Positions 1-8,674 of a stretch of 64,000 nucleotides of DNA are shown here, piece by piece. The notes beneath the pieces are model-generated. The model made no database searches, was not told the origin of the DNA, and was given only the letters and a program-made list of their open reading frames with translations. Where the stretch lies: positions 153,859 to 217,858 of the forward strand of contig CBDFLI010000002.1 in the NCBI GenBank assembly GCA_965249115.1, given 5' to 3'. The translations under genes were made by a program, and so were the position numbers. The stretch is from Dehalococcoidia bacterium (GTDB lineage: Bacteria > Chloroflexota > Dehalococcoidia > Lucifugimonadales > QGNO01). Every line of letters begins with the position of its first letter. Position 1 is the first letter of the stretch.

Positions 1-125
1 GGCTTAACCTTTGAATAGTCAATCCAATCCTCTTCCGTTTTAAGCCGTTCAATGCGTTGGAGTTGCTGTTCCACAATTGTGCCAAAATGGGCTTTTGCCT
101 GCTCTATGACCTGTGAATCTGTCAT
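1..125 (-). CDS. 5' end of an unidentified gene running off the window (MTDSQVIEQAKAHFGTIVEQQLQRIERLKTEEDWIDYSKVK...)
   Basis: ATG at 125..123 sits 6 nt downstream of an AAGGAG. The frame is open to the window edge. It is missing from the ORF track because it is truncated. Confidence 0.4.
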   Translation of the reverse strand, partial: MTDSQVIEQAKAHFGTIVEQQLQRIERLKTEEDWIDYSKVK

Positions 126-461
126 TGCTGGCTCCTTTCTTTGTGGTGGACACAAAAATATCTATAGGAACTGAACGTCAATGATTGGTCTTGCGTTGGA
201 CTCCTACCGTTGCCCGAAGGCTCTTACGCCGAAGGTGTTGCCATCTCACGCTTACAAAATCGACACATCCGGTCCCGGACCGGTCTGGCCCTAATCTGGT
301 CTCGGAGCACCTTGTCAACGACTGGATACCATTCGGACATAGACGCACCTGATAGAGAACGGCCAGGCAGGACTCTAGCTGGATTATATCAGGAAATCGG
401 GGGACGGCAATGTGAAGACAGAAATGAGACTATTTAAGAGCAAGCCACGGGACGGTCCGCG

Positions 462-653
462 TTATATGCGGCCCCAACCAAGGCTAGCCCAGGACTGGGT
501 ATTGGCCATGCCCTTTCTGTAAGCGACTTTCCAGGTACTGGCCCTTTCAGCATTAGGTGAAAGTCCTTGCCCCGCCAGAACGGCTTCTACAATTGTAGCC
601 ACGGCGGACATGATGGAGGGAATGTCCGTTGAAGTTTTCTTGGTCTCGGTCAT
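462..653 (-). CDS. small protein resembling the acyl-CoA carboxylase epsilon subunit
   Basis: 63 aa, starting 8 nt after the stop of the carboxyltransferase gene. It has an Ala/Val-rich N-terminus and a W/R-rich C-terminus (STWKVAYRKG..SWASLGW), like actinobacterial AccE/PccE, which are encoded just downstream of pccB. Confidence 0.45.
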   Translation of the reverse strand: MTETKKTSTDIPSIMSAVATIVEAVLAGQGLSPNAERASTWKVAYRKGMANTQSWASLGWGRI

Positions 654-660
654 CGAGATA

Positions 661-2223
661 CTACAAAGGAATGCTGCCGTGTTTCTTGGGTGGCAGGCTA
701 TCCCGCTTATTACTCAGCATCTCCAGGGCCTGGATAATCCGCGGTCTGGTCTCAGCGGGGTCAATGACGTCATCTATGTACCCTCGGCTGGCAGCTACGT
801 AAGGGTTGGCCCACTTTCCCCTGTACTCTTCTACAAGCTGCGCCTTCAGTTTGTTGGGGTTTTCAGCATTGGCAAGGGCCTCTCTGTTGATTATGTTGAC
901 GGCCCCATCCGGTCCCATAACGGCTATCTCTGCCGAAGGCCAGGCGTAGTTAACGTCAGCACGCAAATGCTTGCTCCCCATCACAATATACGCACCGCCG
1001 TATGCCTTCCTGGTGACGACAGTGATCTTGGGCACTGTCGCCTCTGCATATGCAAAGATTAGCTTGGCGCCGTGGCGAATAATCCCCCGGTGTTCCTGGT
1101 CCGAGCCCGGCAGATACCCGGGGACGTCCACCAGGGTGACAATGGGGATGTTGAAAGCGTCGCAGAACCTGACGAACCGAGCGGCCTTGTCGGAGGCGTC
1201 TATGTCCAAGACACCAGCCAAGTATGCTGGTTGCTGGGCGACGATACCTATGGAGCGACCTCCCATCCGCGCAAACCCGACGATGATGTTCTTAGCGAAC
1301 AGACGGTGTACCTCCAAGAAATCCCCGCCGTCTACAATCCGGGCAATGATCTCCCGCATGTCATATGCCTTGACTGGATCGTCGGGAACTATCTGTGACA
1401 GAACATCGTCTGTACGCGTAGGGTCGTCGTATGAGGGAGTGGAAGGAGAGTCCTCCATATTGTTCTGGGGTAGGAAGCTGGTGAGCCGTCGCACTTCGTC
1501 AAGGCATTCCTGCTCAGACGGGAAAGCAAAGTGGGCCATTCCGCTAAGGGTGGTATGGTTGTCTGCACCGCCAAGGAACTCATGGGTCACGCCTTCACCT
1601 GTGGCTGCTTTGATAACGTCCGGCCCGGTAATATACATCTGACCGATGCCCTGGACCATAAATACGAAGTCGGTTATGGCGGGGGAGTAAACGGCACCTC
1701 CGGCACAGGGGCCCATAATCACTGAGATCTGTGGCACGACGCCCGAGGCCAGGGTATTACGAAGGAATATTTCGCCGTAACCTGCCAGGCTGATTACACC
1801 CTCGTGAATTCGCGCTCCGCCGGAGTCAATGAGCCCGATGACAGGGGCACCGTTTTTCATGGCCATGTCCATGACTTTGCAGATCTTCTCCGCCACAGCC
1901 TCAGAGACCGAGCCTCCGAAAACGGTGAAGTCCTGAGAATAAACATAGATCAGCCGCCCGTGGATTTTACCGTAACCGGTGATGACAGCATCACCCAGGT
2001 AGTGGCGGCCTTCAGAGTCGCTTATGGACGACCAGGTGGTGACGAAAGGGTCTACTTCTTGAAATGTGTCGTTGTCAAGGAGTAGGGTGATGCGTTCGCG
2101 TGCGGTGAGCTTTCCTTTGGCGTGCTGCTGTTCAATCCGTTTTTGACCGCCGCCTTCGCGGCTCTCCTTGTGGAGCTTGCGAAGATCATCCAGGCGCTCG
2201 CTGATTTTCTTTTCGACTGCCAT
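661..2223 (-). CDS. pccB: acyl-CoA carboxylase carboxyltransferase (beta) subunit, propionyl-CoA carboxylase / methylmalonyl-CoA carboxyltransferase type
   Basis: 520 aa. The N-terminus is typical (QQHAKGKLTARERITLLLDNDTFQEVDPF). Both carboxyltransferase halves are recognisable (GPCAGGAVYSPAITDF; AFNIPIVTLVDVPGYLPG). Confidence 0.9.
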   Translation of the reverse strand: MAVEKKISERLDDLRKLHKESREGGGQKRIEQQHAKGKLTARERITLLLDNDTFQEVDPFVTTWSSISDSEGRHYLGDAVITGYGKIHGRLIYVYSQDFTVFGGSVSEAVAEKICKVMDMAMKNGAPVIGLIDSGGARIHEGVISLAGYGEIFLRNTLASGVVPQISVIMGPCAGGAVYSPAITDFVFMVQGIGQMYITGPDVIKAATGEGVTHEFLGGADNHTTLSGMAHFAFPSEQECLDEVRRLTSFLPQNNMEDSPSTPSYDDPTRTDDVLSQIVPDDPVKAYDMREIIARIVDGGDFLEVHRLFAKNIIVGFARMGGRSIGIVAQQPAYLAGVLDIDASDKAARFVRFCDAFNIPIVTLVDVPGYLPGSDQEHRGIIRHGAKLIFAYAEATVPKITVVTRKAYGGAYIVMGSKHLRADVNYAWPSAEIAVMGPDGAVNIINREALANAENPNKLKAQLVEEYRGKWANPYVAASRGYIDDVIDPAETRPRIIQALEMLSNKRDSLPPKKHGSIPL

Positions 2224-2286
2224 TAGTCCCTCGGATATAAAAATAAAAACAAATACTCTTCGAGCATGGTGCCCGAAGCTCGGGCG

Positions 2287-2315
2287 ATGCTAGCACATTA
2301 GCTACCGTATGGCAA
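2287..2315 (-). promoter_or_regulatory. sigma-70-like promoter with extended -10 for pccB
   Basis: Minus strand reads TTGCCA, 17 nt, TAGCAT, with TGTGC immediately upstream of the -10. It lies about 60 nt upstream of the pccB ATG. Confidence 0.45.
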
Positions 2316-2524
2316 GGGTTAGAGATTTTTAAGGACGAAACGTTGACCTAAGACCATGAAATCGTTGGTTGAAGTGCACATACACGACTGCGGACGACGA
2401 ATTATCGTTCGCGTGCACCTAGTCCTGATGTGAAGTTACATCTCTGCTTTGGTAGGATACTTGCAGGACAGGCCCGGACAAAATGGTCGTTTAGCTTTTT
2501 TATAAAATTGAGGAGAGATATGTT

Positions 2525-3016
2525 GTGGCTATCAACATTGATGAGATGAGTGTCCTTGACCGTCGGCGGATCGAAGCAACAGTCCTGGCTCCATTGGTTA
2601 AGGCTTTTGCTCAGGAGTTGGGTGAGGAGAAAACACGAGAGGTTATGGGCAGGACCATAGTCCAGATCGCCCGTGAGCAGGGACGGGCCCTTGCCGAGCG
2701 GGTCGGCGCCGATGATTTGAAGGCCTTTGCCCAGGCCAAAGAGCCGTGGACACGTAACAACGCGCTGGAGATCGAGGTGCTGACCGCCGATGACGGTCAG
2801 TATTCATTTAACGTTACTCGGTGCAGATATGCCGAGATGTATAATGAACTGGGGATACCTGAGCTTGGATTTATTCTTTCATGCGGCAGGGACTACGCTA
2901 TGTCTCAAGGTTTCAATTCTCATATCAAGCTGAGCAGGTCCCAGACCATTATGCAAGGTGCTTCCCACTGCGATTTCAGGTATGTAGCTGATACTGCCAT
3001 CAAAGATGAGAGTTGA
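2525..3016 (+). CDS. L-2-amino-thiazoline-4-carboxylic acid hydrolase family protein
   Basis: 163 aa with a GTG start after GAGGAGAG. The C-terminal signature is NVTRCRYAEMYNELGIPELGFILSCGRDYAMSQGF...GASHCDFRY. Confidence 0.7.
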   Translation: MAINIDEMSVLDRRRIEATVLAPLVKAFAQELGEEKTREVMGRTIVQIAREQGRALAERVGADDLKAFAQAKEPWTRNNALEIEVLTADDGQYSFNVTRCRYAEMYNELGIPELGFILSCGRDYAMSQGFNSHIKLSRSQTIMQGASHCDFRYVADTAIKDES

Positions 3017-3058
3017 CTTTTTACAGGGACTCCTGACTCATTGTAAACATAGCTTTCG

Positions 3059-3397
3059 GTGATAGAGCCGCCACCATTGGCCGTTGCTATGGCAGGTGAT
3101 GGCGCTGACCATATTGGGTTTGAGTCAGGCGAAAGCATGCCGCTGGCCCTCCAGGCGGACTACTTTGGACGACACCCCTTCGTTACATTAGGGGCGTACC
3201 TAATACAGTTCAGACGGTGGGCATGTTTGGGGCCAATCTTTACAGGTCTGGTCTTTTACGCTACGGGTAACTATCACGTTGCCTTTGTCGGCTTTGCAGT
3301 GGCCAGCGCTATAGCGGGGGCGCTCTTGAGAGGTCTGCGCCGGCCTAAAGTGCCCCATGGTGCATTGCATGTTTTGATATTCTTATCTTATGAATGA
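3059..3397 (+). pseudogene. probable remnant of the C-terminal two helices of an MFS transporter
   Basis: ..ADYFGRHPFVTLGAYLIQF..LGPIFTGLVFYATGNYHVAFVGFAVASAIAGALL resembles the last TM pair of OFA/MFS transporters. There is no N-terminal 10 TM, and its end overlaps the next gene's start. Confidence 0.3.
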
Positions 3398-4079
3398 ACA
3401 GTCCTCGCTGATATCACTGCAGCGACAAATCGCTCAATGTACCCGTTGCCCAAGACTTGTGGAGCACCGGCAGCAGGCTGGTGAGATCAAGCGGCGTGGC
3501 TACGAGGATTGGGACTACTGGAGCCGTCCGGTCCCAAGTTTTGGTGACCCCAATGCCAGGGTATTGGCCATTGGTCTGGCACCGGCGGCCCACGGAGGAA
3601 ACCGCACCGGCAGAATGTTCACCGGAGACGCGTCCGCCAGGTTCCTAATGGACTCCCTGTATGAGGTGGGGTTTGCCAGTCAACGCACATCGGAGCACGT
3701 GGATGACGGTCTAGCATTGCACGGAATGTATCTAACGGCGGCGGCGAGGTGCGCACCGCCAGCAGACAGACCAAGCACTGAGGAGCTAGCCAATTGCGGT
3801 TCTTACCTGAAGAGGGAGTTGGACCTTTTGCCTCACCTGAGGGTAGTGCTGGCATTGGGGCGCATAGCCTTTGATGCCTACCTGCGGCTAGTCCTGCCGG
3901 GTAAGGCCAGGTCTGGCCTTGCTTTCCGGCACGGCGCTCGCTATGAGGTCTCGGCGCGCGGGCCGGTGCTGTACGTCTCCTACCATCCCAGCCCGCGTAA
4001 CCACCTGACGGGCCGGCTAACCAGAGAGAGCTTCATTGATGTCCTTCAGCGGGCCTGGCAAGAGGCAGGGCTTGGTTAG
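3390..4079 (+). CDS. uracil-DNA glycosylase, family 4/5 (UdgB-like, Fe-S type)
   Basis: CTRCPRL at the N-terminus. Motif GLAPAAHGGNRTGRMFTGD. C-terminal HPSPRN. Confidence 0.85.
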   Translation: MNEQSSLISLQRQIAQCTRCPRLVEHRQQAGEIKRRGYEDWDYWSRPVPSFGDPNARVLAIGLAPAAHGGNRTGRMFTGDASARFLMDSLYEVGFASQRTSEHVDDGLALHGMYLTAAARCAPPADRPSTEELANCGSYLKRELDLLPHLRVVLALGRIAFDAYLRLVLPGKARSGLAFRHGARYEVSARGPVLYVSYHPSPRNHLTGRLTRESFIDVLQRAWQEAGLG

Positions 4080-4091
4080 TTATAGCTCAGA

Positions 4092-5675
4092 TCAGTTGTA
4101 CTTTAGTAGCCAGTATTCCAGACTATCCACCACGGCCAGCCAGCTAGCCTCGATGATGTTAGGGGAAGCGCCGACCGTCTGCCACGTGTTGACGCCGTCG
4201 GTGGACTCTATCAGCACTCTCACCGTAGCCTCTGTTCCGGAGCCCTGGTCAACTACCCGTACCTTGTAGTCCTGAAGACGGACAGCTTCCAGCTTTGGAT
4301 AGTCATGGAGCAGCGCCTTACGAAGTGCCGTATCCAGAGCGTTCACAGGGCCATTCCCAACCGCCGCAGTGTGACGGACTTCAGCGCCCACTTTGACCTT
4401 GACGGTGGCTTCGGACAGGAGGTCTTCCTGGTTGTAGCCTTCGGAAGGGCGCCGGCGCTGCTCCACTATGACCATGTAGTCCACCAGCTCAAAGGGGGTG
4501 GCATAGCCGTCAATGGTGCGACGTACCAGTAACTCAAAAGATGCCTCTGCGCCTTCATACTGATAGCCGTTGTTTTCCTTGTTCTTGATCTCTTCGACCA
4601 GAGCAGCGGCCTGATCTCTGGGTAATTCAATGTTCAGTCCCAGTTCCTTTATCTTGTAGGTCACATTGCCCCGGCCCGCTAGCTCGGACACCAGCATACG
4701 CGTAATGTTTCCTACCAGAGAGGGTTTGATGTGTTGGTAGCTGTCCTCTACTTTGATCACGGCTGACCCGTGAAGCCCCCCTTTGTGGACAAAAGCACTG
4801 GTCCCAACAAACGGCTGAGTATTCAGGGGTGGCATATTCATCACTTCGCTGATGTACCTGTGTACCTCGGTAAGGGACGCCAGTTGGTCGTCCGTAAGGC
4901 AGGAGATCCCCAGCTTTAGTTTTAGGTTGGCGGCCACCGAGAGGAGGTTGGCGTTGCCGCAACGTTCGCCGTAGCCGTTGATGGTTCCTTGGACTTGGAC
5001 CACCCCGGCGGCCACGGCTGCTAGAGTGTTGGCCACGGCCACATCGCAGTCGTTGTGAGCGTGAATGCCCAGGGAGACGCTTACGTCACGTGCCACACGA
5101 GGAACTATTTCTTGGACCTCGTGGGGCAACGTGCCGCCATTAGTGTCACACAGGACTACCGTTTCGGCGCCTGCGTCGGCTGCGGCGCGGACGCATTGGA
5201 GCGCGTAGTCGGGATCGGCCTTATAGCCATCGAAGAAGTGTTCAGCATCCAGAATAATGCGGAGACCTTGCCCTTTCAGGAAGGCTACCGAGTCGGAGAT
5301 CATTGCCAGGTTCTCTTCAAGAGAGGTCTCCAATACCTCTGTCACGTGCAGGTCCCAGCTCTTCGCAACTAGAGTGATAACAGAGGCGCCTGAGTCCACC
5401 AGCGCGCGCAGATTGGCGTCTTGCTCTGGAGCTACTTTGGGACGTCTGGTGCTGCCGAAGGCGGTAACCGTGGCGTTGCGGAGTCTAGCGGACCGTACGC
5501 GCTGGAAGTATTCGATGTCTTTTGGGTTGGACCCAGGCCAGCCGCCTTCGATAAACGTTACACCCAGTTCGTCCAGCTTGCGTGTGATTTTCAGCTTGTC
5601 CTCAACGGACACAGAAATCCCTTCCTGCTGAGTGCCATCTCGTAGCGTGGTGTCGTAGAGTTGTATTGTCTGCAT
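4092..5675 (-). CDS. cimA: (R)-citramalate synthase (LeuA/CimA family)
   Basis: MQTIQLYDTTLRDGTQQEGISVSVEDKL...; HAHNDCDVAVANTLAAV; C-terminal LeuA-dimer-like domain. I prefer the ATG at 5675 (GAGGA 5 nt upstream) over the track's TTG at 5687. Confidence 0.85.
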   Translation of the reverse strand: MQTIQLYDTTLRDGTQQEGISVSVEDKLKITRKLDELGVTFIEGGWPGSNPKDIEYFQRVRSARLRNATVTAFGSTRRPKVAPEQDANLRALVDSGASVITLVAKSWDLHVTEVLETSLEENLAMISDSVAFLKGQGLRIILDAEHFFDGYKADPDYALQCVRAAADAGAETVVLCDTNGGTLPHEVQEIVPRVARDVSVSLGIHAHNDCDVAVANTLAAVAAGVVQVQGTINGYGERCGNANLLSVAANLKLKLGISCLTDDQLASLTEVHRYISEVMNMPPLNTQPFVGTSAFVHKGGLHGSAVIKVEDSYQHIKPSLVGNITRMLVSELAGRGNVTYKIKELGLNIELPRDQAAALVEEIKNKENNGYQYEGAEASFELLVRRTIDGYATPFELVDYMVIVEQRRRPSEGYNQEDLLSEATVKVKVGAEVRHTAAVGNGPVNALDTALRKALLHDYPKLEAVRLQDYKVRVVDQGSGTEATVRVLIESTDGVNTWQTVGASPNIIEASWLAVVDSLEYWLLKYN

Positions 5676-5700
5676 GTCTGTCCTCAATAACTTGTTTGAG

Positions 5701-5734
5701 GGACGAAAAAACCCGTCCCCTTAAGGGACGGGTC
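5701..5734 (-). terminator. intrinsic terminator of the T-box expression platform
   Basis: Minus strand ACCCGTCCC-TTAAG-GGGACGGGT followed by TTTTTT. It ends 25 nt upstream of the cimA ATG. Confidence 0.75.
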
Positions 5735-5996
5735 AATTAACCCGCGGTACCACCCTTGTTTCCCCCGGTAAACCGGAGGACGCTCAATGAAGCGCTATCA
5801 CGCTTCTGTCCTGGCTAACGGCGGACAACCCCGTCCCGGTCTACTCGCCATTTCAGATGCCTCTATGAAAGACACGACAGGCTTTCGGCGGGAGGCTCAG
5901 GAGTGATTTTCAGCAGGGCCCGCAACGTCCGCTTTCACCATACCGGACTCGCTAGGTCGGGGTTGACCGGCTTACTCGGCTCCTTCGCAACTGTTG
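5701..5996 (-). promoter_or_regulatory. T-box leader (tRNA-sensing riboswitch), probable Ile (AUC) specifier, controlling cimA
   Basis: Minus strand shows a Stem-I AGCGA element and a GGUGAAAGC distal loop. The specifier region reads CUGAAAAUCACUCCUGAGCC. The canonical T-box sequence AACAAGGGTGGTACCGCGGG lies at 5741..5761 and is followed by a terminator. Confidence 0.8.
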
Positions 5997-6002
5997 CATA
6001 AG

Positions 6003-6031
6003 AGATTAGCACAGGCAGAATGTAGGGTCAA
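6003..6031 (-). promoter_or_regulatory. promoter of the T-box/cimA transcript
   Basis: Minus strand TTGACC (6031..6026), 17 nt, TAATCT (6008..6003), with TGTGC extended -10. Confidence 0.5.
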
Positions 6032-6042
6032 GAAAGGGCTCG

Positions 6043-6072
6043 TTGACACCAGTGATGGACAGCTATGATAAT
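6043..6072 (+). promoter_or_regulatory. candidate promoter of the threonine dehydratase-like gene
   Basis: TTGACA at 6043..6048, followed by GCTATGATAAT (-10 candidates TATGAT/GATAAT). It is back-to-back with the cimA -35. Confidence 0.35.
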
Positions 6073-6109
6073 CGGCTTGGGTTGACTTGCCAGGGAAGGA
6101 TGGGTTCTT

Positions 6110-7072
6110 ATGCAGACCCCGACATTTTCCGACGTTCTAAGGGCCAGACAGGTGGTCTATGAATACTTGAGTCGGACGCCGCTACATTCGTATCCCGGTC
6201 TCAGCGACCTTGTGGGTGCAGAAATCCTGCTGAAACATGAGAACCATCATGCCTTGGGGGCGTTCAAAGTGAGGGGCGGTGTCAACTTTTTAGCCCACCT
6301 CAGTGACGAAGAACGACGCAGAGGAGTAATCACGGCCTCCACGGGCAACCACGGTCAGTCCATTGCCTACGCCGGGAAGGTGTTCGGCGTTAAGACGGTA
6401 ATAGTTCTTCCAGAGGCCAGCAACCCCAGCAAGGTCGCTTCGCTGAGGGCTCTTGGTGCTGAGTTGGTGTTCAATGGCAAAGTCTTTGATGAGTCACTGG
6501 CACATTCGAAGGACCTGGTCAAAGAGTACGGCTACCGGTTTGTTCACCCAGCCAACGAACCCTTGCTCATAGCCGGTGTCGCTACATATTCACTGGAGAT
6601 ACTGGAAGATGACCCAAGCGTGGAGTACATCTTTGTACCATTGGGCGGCGGAAGCGGGGCCTGCGGTGCGTGTATTGTGGCCAAGGCCGTTAACCCCGGT
6701 ATCAAGGTAATCGCCGTTCAGTCTGAGGAGGCCCCGGCGGGCTACCGCTCCTGGAAAGAGCGGCGACTGGTCCAAAGGGAAACAACCACCTTTGCTGAAG
6801 GAATTGCCACAATGTCCGGATACGACCTGACCCAGCGCATTCTGTGGGAGCTCCTGGACGATTTCATTCTGGTCAGTGATGAGGAAATCAAGGAGGCTAT
6901 GGTCCATCTCATGGAGAGGGCCCATACTCTGGCAGAAGGGGCGGGTGCCACCGCCCTGGCCGGAGCCATCAAGGTGCGGGACAGAATTCAAGGAAAAAGG
7001 GTTGTGGCCGTAGTCAGTGGCGGAAACGTTGCGTTGTCGCAGCTTACGGACATTTTCCAAGACGCTGGCTAA
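6110..7072 (+). CDS. PLP-dependent threonine/serine dehydratase (short form, no ACT domain)
   Basis: 320 aa. PLP-lysine motif HENHHALGAFKVRGG; STGNHGQSIAYAG; GGGSGACG glycine loop. Confidence 0.8.
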   Translation: MQTPTFSDVLRARQVVYEYLSRTPLHSYPGLSDLVGAEILLKHENHHALGAFKVRGGVNFLAHLSDEERRRGVITASTGNHGQSIAYAGKVFGVKTVIVLPEASNPSKVASLRALGAELVFNGKVFDESLAHSKDLVKEYGYRFVHPANEPLLIAGVATYSLEILEDDPSVEYIFVPLGGGSGACGACIVAKAVNPGIKVIAVQSEEAPAGYRSWKERRLVQRETTTFAEGIATMSGYDLTQRILWELLDDFILVSDEEIKEAMVHLMERAHTLAEGAGATALAGAIKVRDRIQGKRVVAVVSGGNVALSQLTDIFQDAG

Positions 7073-7087
7073 TATGTCGAAGGCTTG

Positions 7088-8015
7088 CTATCTACCGTTC
7101 TGGAGTGTCCCTTCGCTGATTGGTGCGTCCGACCCTCGGGCAACCATACTCATTGCCTGTATAAGACCCAGGTACTTCTTTTGGACTTCCCTATGAGCAA
7201 TGCGCAACTCTTGCCTGACGGGTTCCGGGGCGACCAGGTAAGCGTTACGCAGTTCCTGGTCATGCCTGTCCAGACCGCGTTGTAGCTGGGAGACAAGTCG
7301 GAACAGTGCCATTGCCGTTTCCCTATCTGTGGGCCGAACTGCCATTCGGTCGTCGAATATATCACCTGGTTGCATTGAAGGTGTCACTGCCAGTGCCGGC
7401 ACGGGTATGCCCGGAATGGCGAACTGACGGACCCGCTTAAGGTTAAGGTCCAGATCTCCGGCCAGCCTCTCAACGTACACATTATTCCCTCTAGTGCCCA
7501 TGGCAGCCAGTTCCATCATCCGCCGCTCTGCAAGGGTTGCGTGTAGACGGGCCTTGGACTGATCGTTGAATGTTAAAGCCATCTGTGTCCGCTCCACAAC
7601 GCGCTTCACCGGGTAGGGGCTGGTCCGGCAGACTTCCGGCAGAGGCGGTGACTACCCCGGTGCCTCCAATTACGATGATCAGTATCGCGGCTGTAGCGGT
7701 GGCAGCCCACCGGTAGGGGCCTGACAGGCGAGTAGAGAAGCCCTGGAGAATACCCAGTATATGGCGCCAACGGTTGGGCGCCTGGCGAGATGTGACGGCC
7801 TGCTGGAAGCGTGCCCACGCTATGGCTTTGGCGTTGGAGCTGGGTGTGTAAGCCAGCGCTTCCCTGGTCTCTAGCGCTGTCTGGAGCAGCGGTTCCAGCT
7901 CAGAGGCGTAGTCCGGATGCCTTTCCAGGCATTGCTCAATAGAGTCGCCGTGTCCGAAGATCTTGTCAAGGCAGCTGTCCAATATCTGGTTGAAGTCGTT
8001 CGGATTATCTGTCAT
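7088..8015 (-). pseudogene. anti-sigma factor (N-terminal anti-sigma domain, TM helix, DUF5667-like domain) split by a 1-nt frameshift
   Basis: ORF 7491..8015 carries the cytoplasmic part and a TM helix and ends ..SAGSLPDQPLP. The overlapping frame (7088..7609, open further upstream) reads ..SPYPVKRVVERTQMALTF, which is the DUF5667 start. Removing one C near 7622-7627 gives SLPDSPYPVKR. Confidence 0.6.
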
Positions 8016-8617
8016 GGTCGTTGCCCCTCGACCTCAACATTGGTGGCCGGCACGGCGGACATGATGCGCCTAAGGGCCTTTAGCGCCGTGCTTTGCAACT
8101 CACGGACCGCTCCGTTGTTGCGCTTCATGATTTCCGCCACCTCGGCAGAGGACAGGCCTCCGAAAAACCGCAGGGCTACCACCTCTCTTTGGGCCGGCGT
8201 GAGGGATCCCATGGCGAGCAAGACCTCTTCCTTCTGAAGCGTCCTCAGAACTTCCTGCTCCGGGTCATCGGTCGAGGCTATTTCCTGTGCCTCCTGCAGG
8301 TCAGTCGTCTTGCGGCGGGAGCTTCTGCGTAAATAGTCAACGACCAGGTTGTGGGCGATGCGAAACAGCCACGCTTGAATGGGAATGCCGCGCCACGTGA
8401 AAGTGTCGATTCGCTCCAAGGCCCTGACAAACACATCTCCTGCCAGCTCTTCGGCATGACCAAAGTTACCTATGCGCACCCCGATGTAGCGGGTAATGGG
8501 TCGTATTCTGTCTCGAAGAGGTCGGCCAAGGCGGCTGCGCCCTGCCCATCCTGGTCTGACCTTACCAAGGGCTTTTCTCCGGTCCTTGCTTCTGGGGAAT
8601 ACGCTTTCTCCCCGCAC
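8012..8617 (-). CDS. ECF-type RNA polymerase sigma-70 factor
   Basis: Region 2 (AEELAGDVFVRALERIDTF...AWLFRIAHNLVVDYLRR) and region 4 HTH (LTPAQREVVALRFFGGLSSAEVAEIMKRNNGAVRELQSTALKALR). Its end overlaps the anti-sigma start by 4 nt. Confidence 0.85.
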   Translation of the reverse strand: MRGESVFPRSKDRRKALGKVRPGWAGRSRLGRPLRDRIRPITRYIGVRIGNFGHAEELAGDVFVRALERIDTFTWRGIPIQAWLFRIAHNLVVDYLRRSSRRKTTDLQEAQEIASTDDPEQEVLRTLQKEEVLLAMGSLTPAQREVVALRFFGGLSSAEVAEIMKRNNGAVRELQSTALKALRRIMSAVPATNVEVEGQRP

Positions 8618-8674
8618 TTATGATAACGAAGTTGATGGGGAAAATGTCAGATGGCCTATTGATTTCAACAACCA

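Noticed and set aside
126-461. Long untranslated region upstream of the truncated gene at 1..125, with a possible TTGCCG-N16-TATAAT promoter near 385..415 (minus strand). I considered a riboswitch. I also considered the 75-aa ORF at 210..437.
   Set aside because: I could not match the leader to cobalamin, TPP, SAM, glycine or other riboswitch cores by eye. The plus-strand ORF has no RBS and no recognisable motif. It is left unannotated; a cmscan would settle the question.
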